In this document: positions 56,306-64,000 of the stretch, one piece after another
Numbering within the stretch: position 1 is the first letter of the stretch
How the letters are laid out: each line of letters opens with the position of its first letter
Origin: Naegleria gruberi
Taxonomy: Eukaryota
Strand: one strand, 5' to 3'
Assembly (NCBI GenBank): GCA_000004985.1
Contig: GG738871.1
Length of the DNA: 64,000 nucleotides
Program-made: the position numbers and the translations under genes
The notes under the pieces: generated by a model
What the model was told of the DNA's origin: nothing
Databases searched by the model: none
What the model saw: only the letters and a program-made list of their open reading frames with translations

Positions 56306-57865
56306 ATGCTCCAAAGCAAACATAGAATCTCACGCAATTTGTGTGCTTTCCTTCTTATTATACTAGGTCTCATCTGCACAACTCTTGTGATGGGTGCTAC
56401 AGAACACACAAGCCATGGTAAAGATCCACTCCCAAATCATGACTCTAACGATTACAAGTATGAACACTCAAGTGGTTACGTGCTTGTTGATAGTGTTGCT
56501 CAAAAACATTACTGGTATTATTTCCAACAGGCTGCCACAAACCCAACCTCAAAGCCTCTCATCTTGTTCTTGAATGGTGGTCCAGGTTGTTCCTCAATGG
56601 AATATTTTGGTAGTGGTATCGGTAATGCTAACGTTAGTGTTGATGGAAAGGTAACTTTGGAAGATAACTATTACTCTTGGAATCAATTTGCTAACATTAT
56701 CTATTTGGATGCTCCAGCTGGAGTTGGTTACAGTTATGGTAATACTAGTTTTTATGCTGTTAACTCTGACGATCAAACTGCTCAAGAATCAAGAACTTTC
56801 CTCGTTGAATTCCTTACTCATTATTCTCAATTCAGAAACAGTGATTTGTATATTTCTGGTGCTAGTTATGGTGGTAAATATGTTCCAAACTTGGCCAAGT
56901 TGATTTTGGAAGAAAATGTTAAGGGACAATTCGTTATCAATTTGAAGGGTATCACTCTTGGTAACCCATTGATTCACTGGCAACAATCTGCAATTAGTTC
57001 AACTAATCATTATGTTTCTCTTGGTATGGCTTCTAAGGTTGCTGCTGATGAAGTTGCAACTGTTTGTGGATGGAATGATCCTGATAATTGGCTCTTCACT
57101 GCCTACGGTACTAACAATCAAGAATGTCAAGACAAGTTCAAAGATCTTTATGAAAAAGCCATTAGAGGAATTAATGTTTTCAATCTCTTTAAGGATTCAT
57201 GCAATACAACCACTAACTTGAACTCTGACGCATGTCACGGAGAACATTTGAAGAGATATATGAATTTGGACTCTGTTCAAACATTCTTCAAGGTTAGAAG
57301 TAAGGTTGCATGGGATGCATGTTATCCAGAAAATGGATTTGTCTATGGTACTGACCAATTTGTTAGTGGTCTTCCAACTCTCCAATATCTTTTAGATAAG
57401 AAGAATCTCAAGATTTTGATTTACACTGGTGACATGGATGGATCAACTCCAGTTAGATCATTCTATGATGTTATTGCCAAGGCTACAGGTCTTAAAGTTC
57501 AACAAAATCTCACTTCTTGGTCAGTTGACTCACAAATTGCTGGTAGAAAGACTGTCTACAGTAATGGATTGACCTATGCTACTGTCAGAGGTGCTGGTCA
57601 TATTGCTCCACTCGATCAACCAGCCAGAGTTTATGCTTTGGTTTCAAACTTTATTCAAAATGGTGTCATTCCTGACTCTATTACTCTTCCAGAACTTCCA
57701 GAACCAGATCAAATCAATACTCCAGAAGTCATTGCTCTCAAGACTCTCTCAATTTTGTTCATTATTTTGACATTTATCTTGACCATTGTTGTCATTGTTT
57801 TGGCTGTCTGTTTGGGCGTCCAATGTTCTAAGGTTAGAAAATCTTCTAACACCACTATGGCTTAA
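56306..57865 (+). CDS. Serine carboxypeptidase (peptidase S10) with signal peptide and C-terminal transmembrane anchor
   Basis: The ORF opens at 56213, but the plausible start is M at 56306 (MLQSKHRISRNLCAFLLIILGLICT). S10 blocks LNGGPGCSSM, catalytic-Ser region YISGASYGGKYVP (GESYAG variant), and catalytic-His region RGAGHIAPLDQP. C-terminal TM ILFIILTFILTIVVIVLAVCLG. Confidence 0.75.
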   Translation: MLQSKHRISRNLCAFLLIILGLICTTLVMGATEHTSHGKDPLPNHDSNDYKYEHSSGYVLVDSVAQKHYWYYFQQAATNPTSKPLILFLNGGPGCSSMEYFGSGIGNANVSVDGKVTLEDNYYSWNQFANIIYLDAPAGVGYSYGNTSFYAVNSDDQTAQESRTFLVEFLTHYSQFRNSDLYISGASYGGKYVPNLAKLILEENVKGQFVINLKGITLGNPLIHWQQSAISSTNHYVSLGMASKVAADEVATVCGWNDPDNWLFTAYGTNNQECQDKFKDLYEKAIRGINVFNLFKDSCNTTTNLNSDACHGEHLKRYMNLDSVQTFFKVRSKVAWDACYPENGFVYGTDQFVSGLPTLQYLLDKKNLKILIYTGDMDGSTPVRSFYDVIAKATGLKVQQNLTSWSVDSQIAGRKTVYSNGLTYATVRGAGHIAPLDQPARVYALVSNFIQNGVIPDSITLPELPEPDQINTPEVIALKTLSILFIILTFILTIVVIVLAVCLGVQCSKVRKSSNTTMA

Positions 57866-58050
57866 AAATTTTGTTCTCTTTTTTAAGCTACTACTTACTG
57901 TACATTCAAATTTTCATCAACAATAAACTAAAATTTAAAAATTCATTTCAATTAAAATAATGTTTATTTGAACTTGTGCAATTTTGAAAGTACACAATTA
58001 CGCTCAAATCCTAATTGCTTAAAATAGACTTTAGGAAACAATAGAAAAAA

Positions 58051-60273
58051 ATGGAAGAAGGAACACAGGAGTCACAGCACTCACTTTTTGATGGTCTTGA
58101 TGAAGTAGAAAATGGTTTGGTTCATGTTGATGTAGCACTCTCGGGGACTACAGCTAGAAGAGGATCAACAAAATCAACAAGACAAAGGAAAACTAGTAAA
58201 GCAAGCGATTTGATGGTAAACATTCCGGAGAGGGAAAGATCAAATTCTCAAGTTTCGGATGATGGTGATTCACAAGATGAGGATGATGAGGAGTTGAATA
58301 TAGAATCTTCCAAGTTGCCAGATCATGATTTTAAAGCAGAATTGAAAAGCTTGATTTCAGAGGCAATCATGCAAAATGAAGATTCTTCTTTGGAAGAAAT
58401 ACAAAGTGAAAGTGTAGAATCTTACAATGAGAAAAAGTTGACTAGATTTGCTACTTCACAAATTGAATATGCTGAATTATTTGAAGCTGACAGAAAGAAG
58501 GGAGATTTAATTTATGATTCTCTCTTTTATCCTCATCATGTCAGAAGTAACTTGTTAATTCAAAAGAGAAAGAAAAAGTCATCCAATCAAAATCCTCTCA
58601 GCTCTCCTCACGGTGTTCCTGATTTAAATCTGAATGTAGAGGATAGTGAATTGACCATTTATCACTTGTATTATATGATGTCTATTATCAAGTCTAGACA
58701 AGAGATTCAATTGAAGCAATATCTTAAAGGTGATACAAAATTATCTGTCACTGCTTCCACTGAACATGAATATCCAATTTTTACAGACGATTCTATAGAA
58801 ATTCATGTAAATGATCTTGGAGTTTCCGTTGATACCCTATGTTATTGCTTGGAAAGTAATAGATATTTGGATGAATCCGAAGAAGGAAAAGTGATGAAAT
58901 CCATGAACAATACCTTCTCTCAAATTGTAATTACTAAGAAAAAGCTAGTTGCCTATTTATCTCTCTACCCTGAATTCTTTACCATTCAAAAACCTAGAAA
59001 GAATCTTGATTTAGTATCACTCAATTATTTATGTTTCGGAGTAGAGAATAACCAAACTAGAGAATTAATCAAGTTTAAAGTCAATGGATCCAATATTGAA
59101 ATTGTAAACATTGAAGATAATAATATTTTGTTATCAATTGCATACAGAAACCTTCCTGAAAAAATTACTCTAGATGCAAATAATGAAGAACATATCAAAT
59201 CATTGCTCAACATTATCACTGACTCATTTCCAAAAGGCAAATCCTCTTTCAAGATTAGCGTTTTGAAGCGAATACTATTCAGCAAGTATGATTTTAAACC
59301 ATACAATATCGTCCCATTCATGCATTGTTTCCCACAATTCTTTGAATTGAATAAGAAGGGTGTTAAGGTTAAAAGATTGTATCCTACTGTCATGGATTAC
59401 AAACCAAAGGTTGAGAATGTCATGTTCTTAAACAAATCCAACTCAAAAGCTGAATCAAAGCCTGTTGAGGGAATGGCTATGTTTGAACTTCCAAAAACTG
59501 ATTATTCCATAATATTTACTACTGAGGAGAAGGTTGTTGATCAATGGATTCAAGAAAATGTATTTAATCATTTTGGAGAATCAAATGATCAAAAGGTTGT
59601 TGTTGGTATGGACACTGAATTCGACTTTTTCAAGTTGAACAAGAACTATCAACTCAATCCAGTACTCCATGAAAAGTTGTGGAAAATTTTCAAAAAGCAA
59701 CAACAGTTCACAACTACTACTTCCATATCTGTCTATGATGAAAAAGAATATTCAAACTTGAAGCAATTGTACTTTAAGGAATATGAACAGACAGTCTTCC
59801 CAGATCTTATCCAATTATCAACTGGTAAATCATGTCTCTTGTATGGAACAAGCGAAGGAAAGGCTAAACCATCAAACCTGTTCGTTGAATTAATGTATGA
59901 CAAACGCGTTATCAAAACTTGGTGTTCTATGCATGAAGACGTCAAATTAATATCCCTTTGGATTAAACACTACAACATGATTTTAGAAAATAGAGAATTT
60001 GAAGGCCTTATTGAACTTGACCCTAGCCAACTTGGTGCTTCAACTCTATGCGAACAACTATTATCCTTAAAAATGGCAAAGGAAAGAACTGTTCAAGTTT
60101 CAAGATGGTCAAGATTTGGGTTATCAAAAATTCAAACCAAATATTCTGCACAAGACAGTTACCTAAACTATCTTCTTTATAATATTGTTTCAGAGAATAA
60201 GGAAGATTTAACCCAAGTCGAAGAACATGAGTCCATCTCATTTTCTTTGTTTGATCCAAGTATGAGTATTTAA
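58051..60273 (+). CDS. Protein with acidic N-terminal region and C-terminal DEDDy-type 3'-5' exonuclease-like domain
   Basis: VVVGMDTEFDF (Exo I-like). ...WCSMHEDVKLISL (Exo II-like H..D). ...KYSAQDSYLNYLLY (Exo III YxxxD). Single 740-aa ORF. Confidence 0.5.
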   Translation: MEEGTQESQHSLFDGLDEVENGLVHVDVALSGTTARRGSTKSTRQRKTSKASDLMVNIPERERSNSQVSDDGDSQDEDDEELNIESSKLPDHDFKAELKSLISEAIMQNEDSSLEEIQSESVESYNEKKLTRFATSQIEYAELFEADRKKGDLIYDSLFYPHHVRSNLLIQKRKKKSSNQNPLSSPHGVPDLNLNVEDSELTIYHLYYMMSIIKSRQEIQLKQYLKGDTKLSVTASTEHEYPIFTDDSIEIHVNDLGVSVDTLCYCLESNRYLDESEEGKVMKSMNNTFSQIVITKKKLVAYLSLYPEFFTIQKPRKNLDLVSLNYLCFGVENNQTRELIKFKVNGSNIEIVNIEDNNILLSIAYRNLPEKITLDANNEEHIKSLLNIITDSFPKGKSSFKISVLKRILFSKYDFKPYNIVPFMHCFPQFFELNKKGVKVKRLYPTVMDYKPKVENVMFLNKSNSKAESKPVEGMAMFELPKTDYSIIFTTEEKVVDQWIQENVFNHFGESNDQKVVVGMDTEFDFFKLNKNYQLNPVLHEKLWKIFKKQQQFTTTTSISVYDEKEYSNLKQLYFKEYEQTVFPDLIQLSTGKSCLLYGTSEGKAKPSNLFVELMYDKRVIKTWCSMHEDVKLISLWIKHYNMILENREFEGLIELDPSQLGASTLCEQLLSLKMAKERTVQVSRWSRFGLSKIQTKYSAQDSYLNYLLYNIVSENKEDLTQVEEHESISFSLFDPSMSI

Positions 60274-60360
60274 TTCAACATTTACAATGTGTAAAGTTTG
60301 AGAACATAATTTATTAAGCCATAAAATTTTCTTTTACAATCATAATTGGTTCAAATAAGA

Positions 60361-61758
60361 TTATTTTCTCATCTTTTTTCTCATTTCTCTCTGCTTACGT
60401 CTTCTTCTTTCTTCCTCTTCTTCTTTACGATCTTCAATATCTGCAACTCTACTGGCATACTCTTCTTCCTCCTCAATTTCATCAAATCTTGCGTCCATAT
60501 CAGCATCATCAAAGTCATCATATGATCTCAAGTGCCATTGCTGACCTGGTTTTCTAAACATTGCAGCAATAGATCCAGGCCTGTAATCATCGTAGCCACC
60601 TCTTGGAGCATATGGGTTTGGTGGTGGCACATATCTTGGTGTATCGTCATCATATTCATCATCACTGTATTCATATTCATCTTCTTCATCATCATCCTCG
60701 TCGTCATCATCAATTTCCTCAATCTTTCTTTTAGAAGCAGGAGGTCTCATATTCGAAACTGGCTTACCTGCACCATTTCTAGGATTATTACTCATTGTTG
60801 ATGAGCGTGGTGGAACCATAGCATTTCTGGAAGTTGCTGGTGGAGGACCCCTCATTTGATTTGGTCTGGTTGGTGGAGCTGCCTTCTGTGGAGGTGGCTT
60901 CATTGGAGGATGTTTTTGGGATGAACGTTGTTGAGTTACTGATCGACTTGGTGCTTGTTGTTTTGAAGTGGTTGTTGCTGATGATTTTTGGCTACTAGTT
61001 GCTGAAGATTTGCTTACTGAACTTGATTTTGGTTTAGCTGTTGTGGTAGTACTTGAAGTTTTTGAAGTGGTTGTAGTTGATTTTGCAATTTTTGGAAGAG
61101 TTTGAGATGGTGGAGTTGCTTTTGGTTTTGCAGAGGTTGATGATGCTTTAGCACTGCTATTGCTTGAAGATTTAGAAGTACCATTACTACCATTACTACT
61201 ACCACTACTAGTAGCAGAAGATGATGATCCATTTTTCCTCATTGATGGCAGATCGTCATATCTCGGAAGTGGAGGATTGTTATGTACATTAGATTTTGAA
61301 GTTTTTGATGTTTTTGTTAAATTTCTACTACTTCCTGTATCTGCAACATCTCCAACACGTTTTCCACCATTTGCTTCGGCTTTTTTCTTTTCATTCTCTG
61401 CCTTTGTTTGTCTTCTTTTTTCCTCGGATTTTAATTTACGTTGTTCCTCAACATATGAAGCTTGTAAATGTGGTGGGACAATTACTTCTTCATAAATCAT
61501 GTGTTTTGCAATTGCTTCAGGATCAAATCGAGGAGGTTTTGTTTCTCGTTTTTGTGATGTTGGTGGTGGCTTTGGTGGATTTTCTCTCTGCATTTTCATT
61601 TCCAAATAATTAGCACTTGTTATTTTAGGTACTGCTTTAGAATTTTGTTCATGTAACATTTTTAGATACTCCATGCTGGCACTGAGTGATTTTCCAATAC
61701 CATCCTCTTCTTCCACAGTGTTTCGGGATGGATGATCATCACGATGATAGGGACACAT
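60361..61758 (-). CDS. Hypothetical basic/Ser-rich low-complexity protein with acidic C-terminal region (465 aa)
   Basis: Single ORF. K/E-rich coiled-coil-like stretches, long S/T tracts, DDDDEDDDEEDEYEY. No assignable domain. Confidence 0.35.
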   Translation of the reverse strand: MCPYHRDDHPSRNTVEEEDGIGKSLSASMEYLKMLHEQNSKAVPKITSANYLEMKMQRENPPKPPPTSQKRETKPPRFDPEAIAKHMIYEEVIVPPHLQASYVEEQRKLKSEEKRRQTKAENEKKKAEANGGKRVGDVADTGSSRNLTKTSKTSKSNVHNNPPLPRYDDLPSMRKNGSSSSATSSGSSNGSNGTSKSSSNSSAKASSTSAKPKATPPSQTLPKIAKSTTTTSKTSSTTTTAKPKSSSVSKSSATSSQKSSATTTSKQQAPSRSVTQQRSSQKHPPMKPPPQKAAPPTRPNQMRGPPPATSRNAMVPPRSSTMSNNPRNGAGKPVSNMRPPASKRKIEEIDDDDEDDDEEDEYEYSDDEYDDDTPRYVPPPNPYAPRGGYDDYRPGSIAAMFRKPGQQWHLRSYDDFDDADMDARFDEIEEEEEYASRVADIEDRKEEEEERRRRKQREMRKKMRK

Positions 61759-62021
61759 TTTTTTGTGTATGGATTGTGATGGAAATTTTAAAAATAAATA
61801 ATGTTCATCCTTTTACTTTTTACAATTCCTTTACATGGAGGAACATTCATAAATATTCGTCAAGTAGCAGTCCATACATTTGGATATTATGTGAAGATTT
61901 TAATGAAAATTTTATATTGCCTTGTTTTTTTCATCCAATTTTTGTACAAAAATTTATGATTTTTTTTTTGGCGCCAAAATAAACCGTTTCACAACATTTA
62001 TAACACAACAAAAAAAAACAA

Positions 62022-63125
62022 ATGCTCACCAACAATGGATTTGCTTCAATGTCTGCTCCTAACATCAAGGCAGCCACAAATAATGGTGCCACGATAATGA
62101 TGAATGATCACAACAACAAGGAAAATCCACGATCACATCCTAATATACAGCATAATAATGGCTTTGCTGTTCCTCCAAAAAAGACAAACTCTACACTCAC
62201 CACAACAGCAAGACCATCATCAGTTAATAGCAAAGCCACAACCTCAAAAGTAAATAATAGTATAGTAGAAAAGGTTAACAACTCAGAGGATGAAGTTGTT
62301 TATCCTGATCATCCTAGAAACGATTGGACTATTAATGATTTTGAAATTGGTAAACCTTTAGGTACCGGAAAGTTTGGTAGAGTTTATTTAGCCAGAGAGA
62401 AGAAATCTAAATTCATTGTTGCTCTCAAATTACTTGATAAGAAACAATTGGAGAAGGAAAAAGTGGCTCACCAACTCAGAAGAGAAATTGAAATTCAATC
62501 ACATTTGAGACATAAGAATATTCTTCGTCTGTATGGCTATTTCTATGATGAAAAGAAAGTTTATCTGATATTGGAATATGCTCCAGGTGGAGAAATGTAT
62601 CACTTCCTTCAGAAATGTACTAGATTTTCAGAAGAACAAACTTCCAAATTCATGTATCAAATGGCCAGAGCTTTGAAATATTGTTCTGCAAAACATGTTA
62701 TCCATCGTGATATCAAACCAGAAAATCTCTTATTGGATGGCAATGGTGAATTGAAGATTGCAGATTTTGGTTGGGCTGTTCATGCTCCAACAAGTAGAAG
62801 AAAGACACTTTGTGGTACATTGGACTATTTACCTCCAGAAATGATTGAGAAGAAAGCTCACAATGCAACTGTAGATTTGTGGTGTATTGGAGTTCTGTGT
62901 TATGAATTTTTAACAGGAAATCCACCATTCTTTGCACAAGATGATAAGTCAACCATGAGAAATATTGTTGCTGTAAGATATTCCTTCCCTGAATACGTAG
63001 GAGATGAGGCAAAAGATTTAGTAAGAAAACTTCTTGTTAAGGAGCCATCCAATCGTATCACACTTGAACAAGTTCTCAAACATCCTTTCATTATTACATA
63101 CAATAAGAATAAGGACGAAATGTAA
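62022..63125 (+). CDS. Aurora-family serine/threonine protein kinase
   Basis: Kinase subdomains [61 protein letters not shown], with Aurora-like activation-loop RRxTLCGT. N-terminal N/S-rich extension. Confidence 0.85.
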   Translation: MLTNNGFASMSAPNIKAATNNGATIMMNDHNNKENPRSHPNIQHNNGFAVPPKKTNSTLTTTARPSSVNSKATTSKVNNSIVEKVNNSEDEVVYPDHPRNDWTINDFEIGKPLGTGKFGRVYLAREKKSKFIVALKLLDKKQLEKEKVAHQLRREIEIQSHLRHKNILRLYGYFYDEKKVYLILEYAPGGEMYHFLQKCTRFSEEQTSKFMYQMARALKYCSAKHVIHRDIKPENLLLDGNGELKIADFGWAVHAPTSRRKTLCGTLDYLPPEMIEKKAHNATVDLWCIGVLCYEFLTGNPPFFAQDDKSTMRNIVAVRYSFPEYVGDEAKDLVRKLLVKEPSNRITLEQVLKHPFIITYNKNKDEM

Positions 63126-63160
63126 ATGATTAAATTAATTTTTTGTATATTTATTTTAAA

Positions 63161-63960
63161 TTAGTTGTGCTTCTTTTCATCAAAAACGTCAATATCGGTA
63201 AGGTGTGGTGCTGTCTTCAACTTCATAAGGGCAACAACAGAGACGACGAGCCAGAAAACGAGGAAAAGACCAATTACAGTAGCAACAGCAATTTCAGAAT
63301 CAATGTACATGGTGTTGAGGGTACCATTGTAAACACTTGTCATATTGTAGACTTCAACAGTAGCATAAACACTGTAATCATGTTGAGCATCACTAGTAGA
63401 AAGAATGTGACGAGAATTCAAACTAGAAACAGTTGGCTTTTGAGCAGAGAAGAGAGCAACATAGTCACCTTCAGTCAACTTGTCCAAATCAGCAACAACG
63501 TTTTGAATGACAGTATCATACTTAGCCAAAAGGTCTCTAACCTTAGCATCACTACGATGAACATCAGCAAAAACGAAAAGATACTTTCCACCCTTCTTAA
63601 GATAATTTTCTGGGGAAGCAAGGAAATCCTTCAAAGCAACACTACCAGCAACATTGCTATCAGAAATAGTGAAAGTAAATTCGGATGGCAAGACTGATTT
63701 AACTTCTTCTTCAGAAATGTTAGGGAATGAAGCACTTGGACCCTTCATGGCCTTCTTCAAGAAAGCAAAAGCGTTATTTTCGTCTGGTTTGATAGAAAAA
63801 GCTCCAGAGTTTTCCAAAAATTCATCAGAACCGAGCTATTATTATTGTTGTTGTTGTTCGTTGAATCCGCAAATTATTATTCACTTACTTGATGATGCAA
63901 AAAGACTGCAACTGTGTTGGTTGAGGATAATGTGTCTTTCAATGAAGTAAATTTCGACAT
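63161..63960 (-). CDS. Type I membrane protein with C-terminal di-lysine (KKHN) ER-retrieval-like motif; exons 63889..63960 and 63161..63835
   Basis: Intron 63836..63888 (GTAAGT...AATAG) joins MSKFTSLKDTLSSTNTVAVFLHHQ to LGSDEFLENSGAF.... Single TM (IAVATVIGLFLVFWLVVSVVAL) near the C-terminus, then ...DEKKHN. The 5' end is close to the window edge and may be incomplete. Confidence 0.4.
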
Positions 63961-64000
63961 TTTAATGTCTCTCTTTCCGCTCCACACTAAAGCAGGTACA

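Noticed and set aside
1-64000. Interpretation as a prokaryotic defence island or operon
   Set aside because: Genes contain GT-AG spliceosomal introns, eukaryotic signal peptides and eukaryote-specific families (myosin, Aurora, eIF5, RPB6, SNARE). The tRNAs have eukaryotic features, and there are no Shine-Dalgarno-spaced operons.

Overview
Eukaryotic nuclear DNA, not prokaryotic. The window is about 35% GC and gene-dense. Genes carry short spliceosomal GT-AG introns of roughly 35–180 nt, with donors GTAAGT, GTATGT and GTTTGT. Stops are mostly TAA; TAG appears as the stop at 21867 and 50414. Two intron-less tRNAs are present. I infer about 40 protein-coding genes on both strands. Several intergenic spacers are under 15 bp, which I could not check for mis-annotated exons or read-through.

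Recognisable products include:
- Translation and transcription: ribosomal protein L26, RNA polymerase subunit RPB6 and eIF5.
- Kinases: Aurora kinase and an ERG8-type phosphomevalonate kinase.
- Trafficking and chromatin: a longin R-SNARE and an ACF1/WSTF-like WAC–DDT protein.
- DNA repair and ubiquitin ligases: NSE2, CHFR and an RNF126-like RING ligase.
- Other: a Zn2Cys6 zinc-cluster factor and an S10 carboxypeptidase.
- Motors: a class-unassigned myosin with a long N-terminal extension, and a second, highly divergent myosin-like gene whose ATPase motifs are all degenerate.
- A giant EGF-like repeat surface protein.

Three adjacent secreted or enzymatic genes at about 17.6–21.7 kb have bacterial-type families: agmatine deiminase, a PhoPQ-activated pathogenicity-related protein and a CHAP-like amidase. 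This suggests horizontally acquired genes in a bacterivorous protist (amoeba-like), but I cannot name the species from sequence alone.

Four apparent frame disruptions coincide with A/T homopolymers or repeats, so they are probably sequencing or assembly indels rather than pseudogenes. There is also one in-frame TAG at a conserved Trp codon in a Rho-family GTPase. Residue 18431–18480 is an N gap.

No CRISPR array, operon or prokaryotic defence system is present. Splice coordinates were derived by hand from ORF-track anchors and may be off by a few nt.
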